From an uncultured virus (IMG/VR IMGVR_UViG_3300014160_000002) (lineage: Duplodnaviria; Heunggongvirae; Uroviricota; Caudoviricetes), in IMG/VR virus record IMGVR_UViG_3300014160_000002, positions 1 to 64,000 of that record: a stretch of DNA of 64,000 bases; one strand, 5' to 3'. The translations under genes were made by a program, and so were the position numbers. The notes beneath the pieces are model-generated. The model was not told the origin of the DNA, searched no databases, and saw nothing but the letters and a program-made list of their open reading frames with translations. Positions 37,756 through 48,853 of this stretch are shown in pieces (the first letter of the stretch is position 1; each line of letters begins with the position of its first letter).

Positions 37756-40700
37756 GTGCCTATGTTTGAATATCCTTCGGTGGTTTCCAGAACGTTAGAC
37801 CCGACCGGCAAAAGTCTTTTGACCGTCGTCGGATTGCATGACCATGAGATTTCGGACGCCGATGTCAACCTGATACAGGACCTTCAAAGGTTGCAGCGCC
37901 AACAGCTTGTAAAGGACAGTCCCGTTACCTCTGGATTCCTCACATGGAGTCCCATGGTTTTCAATACCACGGTTGCCAACACCTTCACTGTTCCGCAAGC
38001 GGATGTTCTCTTCAACGGAGAGGTGGTCACCATGACCGGCTCCCTGTCCGCCAATCAGGCCCTTAACCAAGTGGTCCTGCCTGCCCCCCTCTTTTGGACT
38101 ACCTACACGGCGGATGAACCGGCGAGAATCTACGTCGTTTTTCTGGAGCTTTGGTATCAATCACTTGACCCCACGACCGGAGTTGGATACTATGTTGACC
38201 CGACCACGAATCTGAATTATTTCTACCCCTACGGTTGCGTGACACCCAACGCCGCTTTCCTCGAATCCATCCCGGATGACTCAGTGGACGTATTCAACAA
38301 CGGACTCTACACGACCCAGCGTGCCCAGATACAGTGGCGGCTTAATGTCCAGCGAGTCGGACTTTCCTATGACTTTACCCGTTTCCGTTACGGCATTGAC
38401 CCCTCGGGTGCCGGAACCAATCAGGCTGTTTATGCACAAGCCAGCTTGGCCTCCCCCGTCACCGGCAATACTACCTTCCAATTTCAGAATCTTGGAACCG
38501 TGACGGGAGACACTGGCATTTGGCGGGCAGGAGATGGAGACCCCACCAACCTGTTGGGCACCATGGACGGCTACAGCTACGCTATGCCGGTTGCCGTGGT
38601 CTTCCAACGCAACTCTGGTCCCTTCTCCTTGGGAAGCAACATCTTCGGGTGTGCCAATGCCCTCAACGCCAACTCCGGTCTCATCGTTTATGGTCTCTCG
38701 GGACGGTATGATTCTCGTCTGGCAGACCAGATATTCGCCGACGATACTGTGGATACACGCCAGTCGGTAAGCCAAGATAGCTGGGACTACGAAAAGCTCA
38801 TCGGTGAGGGATTCGTGGACCTCATCAGCGGTAACCTGCGGAGCACTATCGGCAGAGGACAATCGCCCGGCATGAGCGTCTCCGCTCTCGGGTCCACGCT
38901 TGACTACTACGTCTCCATGGCCCCCAGTGTAATCATCGGTAGCAATACCGTGGGAGCTTGGGATGGTTTCTCCAACGGATTTAGCAGTGACGCTCGGACC
39001 TTCTATGTAACCAAGCAAATCAGCATAAACGGTACTGCCAGCACCCCCGCTAATCCGAATGGCACCTCGGGGACCATCGGTAAGTCCGTGGGTACACCGG
39101 GAGCGGCATGGGCGCAGAATGATGCCTTCACTGTCAGCCTCCCGGCAAACACCGTGGCAACCATCACCTCAGCCTTTGTGCAGGGATTTAACCTTGTGGG
39201 AGGAATCAAGAATTCCATCAACCTTCTTTCCGGGCAGATTCTCATCACCGGCCTGAACTCAAAGACCATCATCGTATCATTCCCGAACAACCTTTACGGG
39301 ACACCCTTCGACCCCGGAGCGAACAACCTTTACGTTACCCTCGGCATCAGTTACCCGGCTGGCGGAGCGGCAAACCTTATCCAGACTCCCTTCGCTGTGG
39401 ACGGCGGTATCCTGTATGACTATACCAGTGGCACGACTCTTCCCGTCTACGGCGTGTCGGAGTACTCCATTCAGACACAGCAAATCTCTTCGGAGGCTTA
39501 TCAGGTTTGGACATTCAACCCCGAGTATTCTAACGTAGCCTTCGGGACCCGCATCTATGTGCAGGTCGCCGGTTCCTCGGGAACTCAGCAGACCGTGGCG
39601 GGTAGCCCCGTTACAACTTTCATTGTCCCCAATCAGAATCTCAATGGGGCTGTCAATGGGTTGTACGTCGTGTCGGCGTTTGACCTCGCCTCGGGCCTAT
39701 CTTATGCCATCACCTCTCGTACCATAAGCGGCACCAACTGCATTGTCACCATTCAGGGGGCTGTATCCCTCACCAGTACCGTGGTCATGTCCTTCATGGC
39801 GCAGAATACGGCGCAGGTGGCATTCAATGCCCCGGTGAAGGGCATTACGGAAATCGAGGAGACCGTCCTTTTCGGTAATCTTCCCCCCGCTCTTTCCACT
39901 CTCAGGATGGACCCGAGGGTGGTTGTAGAATCCATCTCTTACAGCAATGTCACGAATGTCAGCACAGTGGTTCTCGCCGCCAAGGGATGTACCATTAAGG
40001 GAATCTCTGGGGATGATGTTATCAAGATGGTATGGGCGGTGGGACAATCCAACAACCTTAACGCTGTGCCCATCTCCACGGCAGATTTCAACAACGGTCT
40101 GGTCATCATCACCATACCGGGAGTTAACCTTGACCCGAACAATGGAGGAGCCTACTCTTTCTTTGTCGGCTCCATCCTTCCCGCTTTCGACCCCAACTCC
40201 ACCTTCACGGTGGAAGAGCGGTATGTTCCCTATCAGGGGGAGGGGGTTTTGACTCGTCAGTACGAAATCCTCTACACCATTGATAACGCCCTCATCACTA
40301 CCAACGGTGCCGGGGCGGCTCCGCAGGTCGGACTCTCGGATGTGTACCCGTATAACCGGGAGTTACCCGTTGCCATTCCGCTACCGAGGTTGGTCAGTTG
40401 GCCGGATTCCGGTCTCGCCAATATTCCGTTGGCAACCTTCTTCGATAGCAACTATGTGGCAATGCGGCAGAATAACGTGGAGACTACCTTCGAGGCCCCG
40501 CTGCATACTAACGATTTCATCCTGCCCATGAACAAGGATATCAGGAAGGTCGTTACCCTCCTACAAGGTGGGACAGGCGGCAGAGGGTTTGGGCAGTCTA
40601 ATCCCCATGTCGGGTTTGCCATTGCCCCGCCAACTCCGAAGACGGTACTTGGTCAGAACTTGCAGGCGACCGTTGCTCCCATCGTTCTGTATGTGAACAA

Positions 40701-41577
40701 TGTAAGCGGCAACGACTCCAATGATGGTCTGGACCCGACTACGCCGAAGCTCACCATCACAGCGGCAGTAAACAGCCTGCCTCCGGTCCTCCGTCACCCC
40801 TGTTCCATTCAACTCATCACCACGGGTATAGCGTATAACATAACTAGCCTCGCTTCCACTTTGCAGGTAATCGCTCTTGGTGATGGAACACTTCGCACCG
40901 CCAAGTGGTACGCTCTTGCTAATCTCGCCTTCTCCATTCAGGAAGAGGGACGTATCGTCATCACTAGCACGGCGAGTGCTACCAGTCCTATTGTCATCGA
41001 CGCCACAGGATTCAGTGGGTTCGGCGATGGGCCGACTTCGGCGTTCTTCGTAGACAACAGCCGGGTGTTGTTCAACAACATCCAGTTCCAAGGATTTGTC
41101 AATCCCGCTGTTTACGGTATTGACTCCGATATAGAGTTTGTGTCCTGTGTGTTTATCAACAATGCACAGGCGGGTGGGTTCGAGCAGGGATGCGGCGTTA
41201 TTATGACTGGAGGTTCGGTCAGCTTGCCGACTTCCGGCACCGGCTTTGTCTTGTCCCAGTCGGAGCTTACTGTATCCGGTGTGGCCCTTGCCGTAGCGGT
41301 CGGGGCTACCCCCGGAGCTTTCTTCATCGCAGAGCGGTCCTCCTGCACCAACCTATCTATGCACGGAACCGGAGCCGGTCAGGAGACAAACATTGCTCCC
41401 AGTACGGTTGTGGCTTACGCTCAGCTTAACTCCACCATCGTGGCGGACAGCACTTTCCAGACCGCAGGTGCAGCTAATCTGACGGCAAATTCGATATTGT
41501 CTCGTTCTGTGACTATCGACCCGTTCAATGGAGGAATTACCACGGACTCTACTTCGTCAGTGGTTACCCAGATATAG
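37756..41577 (+). CDS. Large virion structural protein with C-terminal beta-helix
   Basis: 1273 aa; LYVNNVSGNDSNDGL...PKLTITAAV precedes a parallel beta-helix-like region. Confidence 0.75.
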   Translation: MPMFEYPSVVSRTLDPTGKSLLTVVGLHDHEISDADVNLIQDLQRLQRQQLVKDSPVTSGFLTWSPMVFNTTVANTFTVPQADVLFNGEVVTMTGSLSANQALNQVVLPAPLFWTTYTADEPARIYVVFLELWYQSLDPTTGVGYYVDPTTNLNYFYPYGCVTPNAAFLESIPDDSVDVFNNGLYTTQRAQIQWRLNVQRVGLSYDFTRFRYGIDPSGAGTNQAVYAQASLASPVTGNTTFQFQNLGTVTGDTGIWRAGDGDPTNLLGTMDGYSYAMPVAVVFQRNSGPFSLGSNIFGCANALNANSGLIVYGLSGRYDSRLADQIFADDTVDTRQSVSQDSWDYEKLIGEGFVDLISGNLRSTIGRGQSPGMSVSALGSTLDYYVSMAPSVIIGSNTVGAWDGFSNGFSSDARTFYVTKQISINGTASTPANPNGTSGTIGKSVGTPGAAWAQNDAFTVSLPANTVATITSAFVQGFNLVGGIKNSINLLSGQILITGLNSKTIIVSFPNNLYGTPFDPGANNLYVTLGISYPAGGAANLIQTPFAVDGGILYDYTSGTTLPVYGVSEYSIQTQQISSEAYQVWTFNPEYSNVAFGTRIYVQVAGSSGTQQTVAGSPVTTFIVPNQNLNGAVNGLYVVSAFDLASGLSYAITSRTISGTNCIVTIQGAVSLTSTVVMSFMAQNTAQVAFNAPVKGITEIEETVLFGNLPPALSTLRMDPRVVVESISYSNVTNVSTVVLAAKGCTIKGISGDDVIKMVWAVGQSNNLNAVPISTADFNNGLVIITIPGVNLDPNNGGAYSFFVGSILPAFDPNSTFTVEERYVPYQGEGVLTRQYEILYTIDNALITTNGAGAAPQVGLSDVYPYNRELPVAIPLPRLVSWPDSGLANIPLATFFDSNYVAMRQNNVETTFEAPLHTNDFILPMNKDIRKVVTLLQGGTGGRGFGQSNPHVGFAIAPPTPKTVLGQNLQATVAPIVLYVNNVSGNDSNDGLDPTTPKLTITAAVNSLPPVLRHPCSIQLITTGIAYNITSLASTLQVIALGDGTLRTAKWYALANLAFSIQEEGRIVITSTASATSPIVIDATGFSGFGDGPTSAFFVDNSRVLFNNIQFQGFVNPAVYGIDSDIEFVSCVFINNAQAGGFEQGCGVIMTGGSVSLPTSGTGFVLSQSELTVSGVALAVAVGATPGAFFIAERSSCTNLSMHGTGAGQETNIAPSTVVAYAQLNSTIVADSTFQTAGAANLTANSILSRSVTIDPFNGGITTDSTSSVVTQI

Positions 41578-41586
41578 GATAAACCC

Positions 41587-44500
41587 ATGAGTCTACCACT
41601 TCTTCCAGTATCGCCGACCGTCGCCAACATTGACCAGAACCTTTTGCTGACGGTAAACTGGACTCCGCCCAAGGTCAATGGCGGATACACGCTCTACTCC
41701 GGGTGGAACATCTACCTTGCTACCCCGCCGAATGCTTCTCCGACTTCCGTCTTCACCACCGGTTTGAGTTTTGGGGGAACGGTAAGCAGTCCGTCCTTTG
41801 AAGAGACCTTGCAGGTGGGCGATTATGCCATGAGTATGGTTGCAGTATCCTCCGACCTTACTCAATATCAGGACAGCCCCTTCTGGGATGTGTATCACAC
41901 CTTCCCACCCGCCTTGACCAGCAGTCTCGTGGCTTTTGACAACAGCACCCTCCTCCTCGGGCAGACCTTAACCATTACTCTCAGCAGCCTTTATGACGGC
42001 TCGAATTCAAGCTCATGGCAGGTTTTCTATCAAGATGGCAGCAGTTCCGGTCCTCTCCCCTTGAGCAACCGGGTAGTCACCAAGATTTTCACTACACCGG
42101 GCACCCAGACCATCGTTGTGCAAGTGCTTAACGATTTCAGCCTCAACTCCCCACCGGTCAAACTTACCCGGTCCTTCGCTTTTAGCGTCTACGTGATGAA
42201 CCAGCAGTACAGCGCTGCCCCGGAAACCTCCATCACTGGTACCCTCGGTGTCGCCGGGGAACAGGGATTTGAGATTGTCAACAACACCTCCGTGCTGACC
42301 GCACCTCAGCCTTTTGAGGTCATTGTCCGCAGCCTCGTCCGGGACATGATAACGAACGAACTCAAGCTTCTCGTTGCTACAAGCCGTTACAGCAATGCCA
42401 GCAGCCTCCTTGGCACCATGGCGCTGGACGTGTTCCCATTCTCAGGACGCCCGCAAGCACAGGAGCTTTTGGAGCCGTTGACAGAGGTTGTTCCCAGCAC
42501 AGGCACACTGTCTCCTGTCAGCATCCAAACTGCCTCCCTACCCAGCAACTCTTATGTTGGTATCCCCATGCTGGATTTCAAGATGGCGGCAGCGGGTGGT
42601 AATGCCCCTTATAGTTGGTTTGCGGACGGGCTTCCTCCCGGCCTCAAGATGAGTATCGACGGAACCATAAGTGGTACTCCCACACAACTAGGCAACTTCA
42701 CCGTCAACATCTCCGTGATGGATAGCACCACACCGGCATTTATCGCCGAGGGGACATTCACTTTCACTATCCCCACTAATCTTACCATCACTACAACGTC
42801 CATTGCTAATGCGACGGTTCTTACTCCTTACACCCAGCAAATGGTGAACACCGGGGGATTGCTGCCATTTACATGGTCCATTCAGGGAGGAGCGTTGCCG
42901 GTTGGTCTCACCATCAACCCCGCAACCGGATTGATTTCCGGCGTTCCTTGCACCTACAGTCTCACAGACTTTAGCAACCTGTTCTCCGTTACGATACAGG
43001 TTCAGGATGCTGTGGGAGCGCTGGCCTCCAGTACTTTTACGCTAACACTATCTCGTGCGGCCCTTACGGTTGGGAATCCCGACCAATCCGTTATCTACGC
43101 CGGGCAGAGTTTCAGGATTGATGTCCCGGTGTTTGGAGGAGTCCCACCCTACACTCTCAACTCTCCCTCCGATGACCTTAGCTTGGCTTCTTTCAGCCTC
43201 ATCGACGGAGTAGTGGAAGCGCAGATAACCGTCCCCAACAACAAGCTGGGAGTACACTACCTGACTATCCCCGTGACGGACAGTGCTACCCCCTCACCCG
43301 CTACCGTTGTTGCCAAAGTTTACTACACGGCTCAGACCGAAGTCAGCAACATTCTCGATACCGCAGCGGCATTCGACCACATCTGGGGATATGCGGAAAC
43401 CAACCCCCTGACAGAGGCGATATCCGGCACCTTCCAAGGTTTCGTTCTCAATCAGAATAACAACTTCCCCGTTCCCGGTGGTGACTTTGTCAACCCCAAT
43501 GGGTTGGCTGTAACAGTCTGCCCAATCACCTCCGTCAGTCCTCAGTCTCCTCCGGTCGCCGGTCCACTTATCGAAGTCTCTGGCCCGCCTACGAGCTATG
43601 GCAACACCGAAGCAGATGTCCCCATCATTCTTACCAACGGGGTAAATACGGTAGCAACCATTATCCGTACTTTCTCACTCCTCTCCCACAATGACATTGC
43701 CTCCTTGGGAGACATCGGAGTGGTGACCAACTTTGCCCGTCCTTACATCATCGGGGATGCCGTGGGCCTTAATCCTCAACGTCCATACTTCAATTCCCCA
43801 CTACTTCCTGCTGGTAGTCCGCCCGAGTCTACCTTCACTGTCAGGCTCAAGTTGGGTTCCGCTTTGCCGACAGGTTTGTCTTTGGACCAGATTACGGGCC
43901 TAGTCTACGGAAACCTGCTCGCCACATACGCCCCGGCAACCGTGTTTGAGTACATTGATGCCTCCTCCAACGTTCATGGCACCATCACCGTCAACTGGAA
44001 TACGGTCCCCAAGGGCAACTCGTTGACTTCTCATCTCGGAACGGGTAAACTCACAACCTCGTACACGGGGACCATTGTTACCTCCGGTTCGGCTCCCTTG
44101 GTATCTGCCACGGTGTATCGTGGTCATCTCCCGGCTGGCTTAAGTTTTGCTGTTGCCGGTAACACCGCTACTTTGAGTGGGACTCCCACCGAAGCTGGGT
44201 ATTTTGATTTGTGGATTCAGCTTACCGACACATCGGGGTCTTCTTCCTATCTCTATCAGCGGCTCGCCATTCAATACATCACCCCGCTCACAATCCTGAC
44301 GAGCACTTTGCAGCCCATCGTAGAGACCGTTGCCTACTCTCAGACACTTATTGGATACGGGGGAGTTCCTCCTTACACGTGGTCCAGCGATATATTGACC
44401 AGTGCCGCTCCCTTGTCTCCTTACATCACTCTCAATGCTTCTACGGGAGTGCTTTCCGGGACCGTTCCCAACACATTCCCCGAGCCATACAGCGCCAACG

Positions 44501-47325
44501 TCACTTTTACGCTCACTGATAGCAACAGTATTGTGACTCACAGGGTGATTACTCTCACAGTCAACAGTGCCCTGACTATCACCACCACATCCATTGCTCC
44601 CATCACCGCCGCAACCCCGTACACATTCCAGTTACAGGCGATAGGTGGGATTGCTCCTTACACGTGGCAGCCAGCCGCTCCACTCCCGACCGGCATTACC
44701 TTCAACAGTTCTGGCGTACTTTCTGGGACCACTACGGATATTGCCTACGGAAGTCAGTCCGTAACTTTTACGGTCCAAGACTCCGTTGCCAACTCCACCA
44801 ATAATACACTCACTGTTACGGTGGGCGTGCTTTCTGGTATGACCATTGACTCCAGCGGGGTAGTGCCCATCAACCGGGGAGTAAACTATCTTGGTACCCT
44901 CGCAGTTCAAGGCAGCTTCACCACCCTCGTATCATGGACAGTGATTGCTGACCCCAACAATCTCTTTGTGGGAGAGGGTGGACCTCTCACCCTTACACCC
45001 AGTTCCTCTGATAGTGGAACAACCGCTCGTATCACCGGCCTTTATACCGGTGCGCCATTTGCTTCTGACTCCGTTACTTTCCAAGCGGTAGACCTCGGGG
45101 GACACTTGGCAACCGCCGTAGTCAATATGTCTGCTATCACCAATATCGCCATCACCTCCACCTCACCCCTGCCACAGGGGCTTATCAACATTGCTTACAG
45201 TCAGCAGCTAACTGCTACCGGAGGAGGCTCGCCCACAGGTGGTGCGCCCGTGTACACGTGGTCGTCTACGGGTCTTCCGGGAGGTTTCAGCTTGAGTGCT
45301 GGGGGCCTCCTAACCGGTACTTCTCCTTCGGCAATTAACACGACATTCAACGCCACAGTCTCCGATGGAATGTCACCGGCAGACTCCGTTACCGCTCCCT
45401 TGCAGTTGGTCATTTCCGCCAGCACACTCGCTATCACCAACTCTTCTCCTCTACCGGGAGCTACAGCCGGGGTCACTTACTCCAACACCTTCAATGCTTC
45501 GGGAGGTTCCGCTCCGTATAACTCTTGGACTGTTGTCGCCGGGGCCTTGCCTAGCGGCCTGACTCTCAACTCCTCCACGGGAATACTTTCTGGAAAAACC
45601 ACGGCACCGGGAACCTACACGTTCACCGTTCAGGTTACGGACAACGCTGGTTCTACTACCCAAAAGCAGTTCAGTCTCACCGTGGCTGTCGGTCTCACCC
45701 TTAAGACCGGTATCGACTACGTTAATGGTCTATCACTCGGCTCTCTTGGTTATGTGGCAAACGGCAACGTTGACACCATCAATCCCCGTACAAACAAGTC
45801 GTTCTACGTTGTGGCCCTTGGGGTCATTGCGACACAGACCAGTCAGCTTAGTGCCACTCCTCCCGCAGGATACACTTATGTGGTGGAGTCGGTAAGTGGC
45901 GGAGTGGCATTTATCCGCCTGAGTGGACCGTTCTCTTCGGGAAGTGGCAGCTTCCCCATCACTGTAACCGATGTGGGAGGGGTTAACGCCTCCGCTACAT
46001 TTACCTATACGGTCTACACCAATGGGGCACTTCGTACCACTGTAACCAGCGGCAGCATTCCGTCTTACGGCGTACCGCTCTTGCAGGGGGTTAGCGCCAC
46101 ACTGCCCATCTACAACAACCCCAGCAGCCCGGAGTTTGACTTCCAAGCATACAACAGTCAAACCCCCGATGCCGCTACCGCCGCCACGACAGACTTTACT
46201 CTGTCCGGGGATAACAACAACTATCAGGGACTCATCAGTTTTGGGTACACCAATCCGAATTTCCAACTCTCTTACAATGGAGGAACTCCGGTATCCGGTT
46301 CGGCGGGAAACTCCATGACGCTATCCGACCAAGACATTGCTTGGTATCAGGGCAGCAACAAATCCTTCGACCTGTTTGCTGTGGGAGGCTCCGGTGGAGG
46401 CAAGCAGTTGGGACTTAATTTCCTCTACTTCTGTAAGCCCACAGTGTCCTCTGTCAGCCCGATTTCGGTCACCATTCCACCTTTGAATTACACCACCAAC
46501 ACGGGTGGTCCTTTCCTGCCTCACTCGGAAGTGGAACAGACTAATGTTTCCGGCGACGTGGGGTGGATAACTTATGGAAATCTCGGCTCTGGTGGGCAAG
46601 ACACCATCACCCTCTACAGTTCTAATAACAGCAATGCCCACATCGCCAAGAACCTGCTCCTGACCAATCTTGGGTTCAATATTCCGAGCAACGCTACCGT
46701 CACTAATGTGGATGTCAGCGTTTACCTCACTCAATCAGCCGGAACGAGCGGGGCTTACACCACCATAAACCTTTTGGGGTGGGCGGCTTCTACCATCAAT
46801 CAGACCCAAGAAGGTGCGAATGTTGTTCACGATTTCAGCTTCTACAGCCCCGCAGGGCTTACCCCGGCAATCGTCAATAGTGCAGGTTTCGGAGCCATTC
46901 TATACCTATCCTGCACGCAACAGCCGGGAACCGGTGCAGTTCTGCAACTTCAAAGTGTTAATATCTCGGTTACCTATACGGTCCCGAACTATAACAACTT
47001 TGTGGTGACCCTCAGTCAGCCCATCTCTCCGCAGCAACAGGGGGGAAGTGGGGTAGCCTCCTCAATAGGGGTTTCAAGCTGTTCGTTCACCAACGGTGTC
47101 TCGGTTATTGCCGTCAATCCAAACTATGGTACGGGGGCACTCGCCGGTTGGCTCACAGGGTGGACGATTCAGGCCCAATTCCCGAGTGGAACGGGGACTA
47201 TCTCCACGGTGCTGAGTATGACGGTCAACGGCAACTCCACCATTCTAAATGGGACCAGTATCGTTAGCCAGCCCGTCACTTACATCAGTGGCAATGTGGC
47301 TACGATAACCGGAACCTACAGTTAG
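41587..47325 (+). CDS. Large virion protein with tandem Ig-like (He_PIG-type) domains
   Basis: Repeated GG.PYTW...LP.GL.L...G.ISGTP...F.VTD units over 1912 aa. Confidence 0.85.
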   Translation: MSLPLLPVSPTVANIDQNLLLTVNWTPPKVNGGYTLYSGWNIYLATPPNASPTSVFTTGLSFGGTVSSPSFEETLQVGDYAMSMVAVSSDLTQYQDSPFWDVYHTFPPALTSSLVAFDNSTLLLGQTLTITLSSLYDGSNSSSWQVFYQDGSSSGPLPLSNRVVTKIFTTPGTQTIVVQVLNDFSLNSPPVKLTRSFAFSVYVMNQQYSAAPETSITGTLGVAGEQGFEIVNNTSVLTAPQPFEVIVRSLVRDMITNELKLLVATSRYSNASSLLGTMALDVFPFSGRPQAQELLEPLTEVVPSTGTLSPVSIQTASLPSNSYVGIPMLDFKMAAAGGNAPYSWFADGLPPGLKMSIDGTISGTPTQLGNFTVNISVMDSTTPAFIAEGTFTFTIPTNLTITTTSIANATVLTPYTQQMVNTGGLLPFTWSIQGGALPVGLTINPATGLISGVPCTYSLTDFSNLFSVTIQVQDAVGALASSTFTLTLSRAALTVGNPDQSVIYAGQSFRIDVPVFGGVPPYTLNSPSDDLSLASFSLIDGVVEAQITVPNNKLGVHYLTIPVTDSATPSPATVVAKVYYTAQTEVSNILDTAAAFDHIWGYAETNPLTEAISGTFQGFVLNQNNNFPVPGGDFVNPNGLAVTVCPITSVSPQSPPVAGPLIEVSGPPTSYGNTEADVPIILTNGVNTVATIIRTFSLLSHNDIASLGDIGVVTNFARPYIIGDAVGLNPQRPYFNSPLLPAGSPPESTFTVRLKLGSALPTGLSLDQITGLVYGNLLATYAPATVFEYIDASSNVHGTITVNWNTVPKGNSLTSHLGTGKLTTSYTGTIVTSGSAPLVSATVYRGHLPAGLSFAVAGNTATLSGTPTEAGYFDLWIQLTDTSGSSSYLYQRLAIQYITPLTILTSTLQPIVETVAYSQTLIGYGGVPPYTWSSDILTSAAPLSPYITLNASTGVLSGTVPNTFPEPYSANVTFTLTDSNSIVTHRVITLTVNSALTITTTSIAPITAATPYTFQLQAIGGIAPYTWQPAAPLPTGITFNSSGVLSGTTTDIAYGSQSVTFTVQDSVANSTNNTLTVTVGVLSGMTIDSSGVVPINRGVNYLGTLAVQGSFTTLVSWTVIADPNNLFVGEGGPLTLTPSSSDSGTTARITGLYTGAPFASDSVTFQAVDLGGHLATAVVNMSAITNIAITSTSPLPQGLINIAYSQQLTATGGGSPTGGAPVYTWSSTGLPGGFSLSAGGLLTGTSPSAINTTFNATVSDGMSPADSVTAPLQLVISASTLAITNSSPLPGATAGVTYSNTFNASGGSAPYNSWTVVAGALPSGLTLNSSTGILSGKTTAPGTYTFTVQVTDNAGSTTQKQFSLTVAVGLTLKTGIDYVNGLSLGSLGYVANGNVDTINPRTNKSFYVVALGVIATQTSQLSATPPAGYTYVVESVSGGVAFIRLSGPFSSGSGSFPITVTDVGGVNASATFTYTVYTNGALRTTVTSGSIPSYGVPLLQGVSATLPIYNNPSSPEFDFQAYNSQTPDAATAATTDFTLSGDNNNYQGLISFGYTNPNFQLSYNGGTPVSGSAGNSMTLSDQDIAWYQGSNKSFDLFAVGGSGGGKQLGLNFLYFCKPTVSSVSPISVTIPPLNYTTNTGGPFLPHSEVEQTNVSGDVGWITYGNLGSGGQDTITLYSSNNSNAHIAKNLLLTNLGFNIPSNATVTNVDVSVYLTQSAGTSGAYTTINLLGWAASTINQTQEGANVVHDFSFYSPAGLTPAIVNSAGFGAILYLSCTQQPGTGAVLQLQSVNISVTYTVPNYNNFVVTLSQPISPQQQGGSGVASSIGVSSCSFTNGVSVIAVNPNYGTGALAGWLTGWTIQAQFPSGTGTISTVLSMTVNGNSTILNGTSIVSQPVTYISGNVATITGTYS

Positions 47326-47333
47326 GGGAGGAT

Positions 47334-48074
47334 ATGGCAGCCGTAGCACCTGTTAAATACTCATACGCCGGACCACCCTTTCATTGGCTGGGGAACTTCG
47401 CTCTCTCCCAGTGGCAGTCCTTTCAAAAGTGGGTCAACAACCGCACGGGGGATGTGGCGGCAATTTCTACCTTCCATCGTATCCGGGCGGAGCAACTTCG
47501 CAAAACGGCGGGGGTGCTTGAGCAGTACTACTCCACCGTCTACCCCGAGGACCCAGCCTCTCACGACCAAAGTCTTGCCCCTACGTTTAAGAAGCCCATC
47601 TGGCAGCCGGGGCAGTATGGGCACTTTAACTATTCGGTAGCCAATGACCATCTTCCCATGGTCATGGTCAGCCGGATAAAGAAGGGGGTGCAGCCCGCTC
47701 TCGAAAGGGAGTCCGACGCCGTCTACTACATGAACCAAGTCCGCTGTCTCATTGAGAAGAATGAAGACGCCGCCCAGTTCTCCAACGACTTCTTGCAGGA
47801 CCCACCTGCGGATAGCAGTGGAAGCAATCCAAGAACTCTAACGGAGCTTCTCACCAAGATTAACACCTATTTCAACAAACCAGAGTATCAGACCACTCTA
47901 ATAGACGACGTGAATGCCGGTAACATGTACAAAGGACAGCCTTACGGTCGAACCAGTCAGGCTGATGATATGACCCAGTGGGAGTTGGAACAGGCGAATC
48001 ACGGGCAGCCTGACGACCCCATCAACATCGTGGATACCGAGAGTATTGACCCCACGACGACTACGGTGACTTAA
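47334..48074 (+). CDS. Hypothetical protein (baseplate module)
   Basis: GGAGG SD; coupled to the next gene. Confidence 0.7.
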   Translation: MAAVAPVKYSYAGPPFHWLGNFALSQWQSFQKWVNNRTGDVAAISTFHRIRAEQLRKTAGVLEQYYSTVYPEDPASHDQSLAPTFKKPIWQPGQYGHFNYSVANDHLPMVMVSRIKKGVQPALERESDAVYYMNQVRCLIEKNEDAAQFSNDFLQDPPADSSGSNPRTLTELLTKINTYFNKPEYQTTLIDDVNAGNMYKGQPYGRTSQADDMTQWELEQANHGQPDDPINIVDTESIDPTTTTVT

Positions 48075-48853
48075 TGAGCTATGATTACAATACCGGTCTC
48101 CAAGCGTGCCCACACACCATTTACGGGGAGAGGTATGTAATTGATACTACAGATTTTAGGACGCTTCATTATGCCGCCGACCCGGCGCTCAATATGCGTG
48201 CTCCTATCAACGGACAAGCAGTCGTGCAGATTTTCATCAGCGGGGAAGTGGTTCAGCCCAATGACCCAACCTACGGATACTCCATCCTGTCGGACCCCAA
48301 CCGGCTGGTGGGCACAACCGCCAACTTTTACAAGATTGTCTTCAACAAGCCAGTGCGGTTTTTCATCCCGCTCATCGAAGTCAACTACATCACCTTGCAG
48401 GCGTTCTGTCTACGGTGCTCCGCCACGGGGCAACTCAATGACCTTGTGATTTCTTCCTCCGGGGCCATGCAAAAGGTGTGGGATACCAACAAGTTGACCC
48501 AGAAGGTTTTGAAGTTCGTCCTCACCTCCGTCTGTCCCTTTTATCCCCAGTTCACCTGTGCTATTCGCAGTTACATCGGGCAGAAGTTCGGGGTGACTAT
48601 TACGGAAGAGGATGTATCCTCACAGATAATGGATGCTTTGCAGAGCATCAAGCAAGTACAGTCCGCCCAGCGCACCGTGCAGACTTTGAGTTTGCTGGAA
48701 ATGCTTAAGGACATAGGGAATATCACCATAACCATGCCGGACCCGACCAGCATCGTGGCCCAGTGCAGCGTGACTTCTTATGGAACTCCGGTGACCCCTT
48801 CATCGGTAACCTTCTCTATAACGTCTAACAGAAACTTAGTGGGGACTCAATGA
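48074..48853 (+). CDS. Baseplate wedge subunit (gp25-like C-terminus)
   Basis: KLTQKVLKFVLT...FYPQF...IGQK; precedes the J-like gene. Confidence 0.6.
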   Translation: MSYDYNTGLQACPHTIYGERYVIDTTDFRTLHYAADPALNMRAPINGQAVVQIFISGEVVQPNDPTYGYSILSDPNRLVGTTANFYKIVFNKPVRFFIPLIEVNYITLQAFCLRCSATGQLNDLVISSSGAMQKVWDTNKLTQKVLKFVLTSVCPFYPQFTCAIRSYIGQKFGVTITEEDVSSQIMDALQSIKQVQSAQRTVQTLSLLEMLKDIGNITITMPDPTSIVAQCSVTSYGTPVTPSSVTFSITSNRNLVGTQ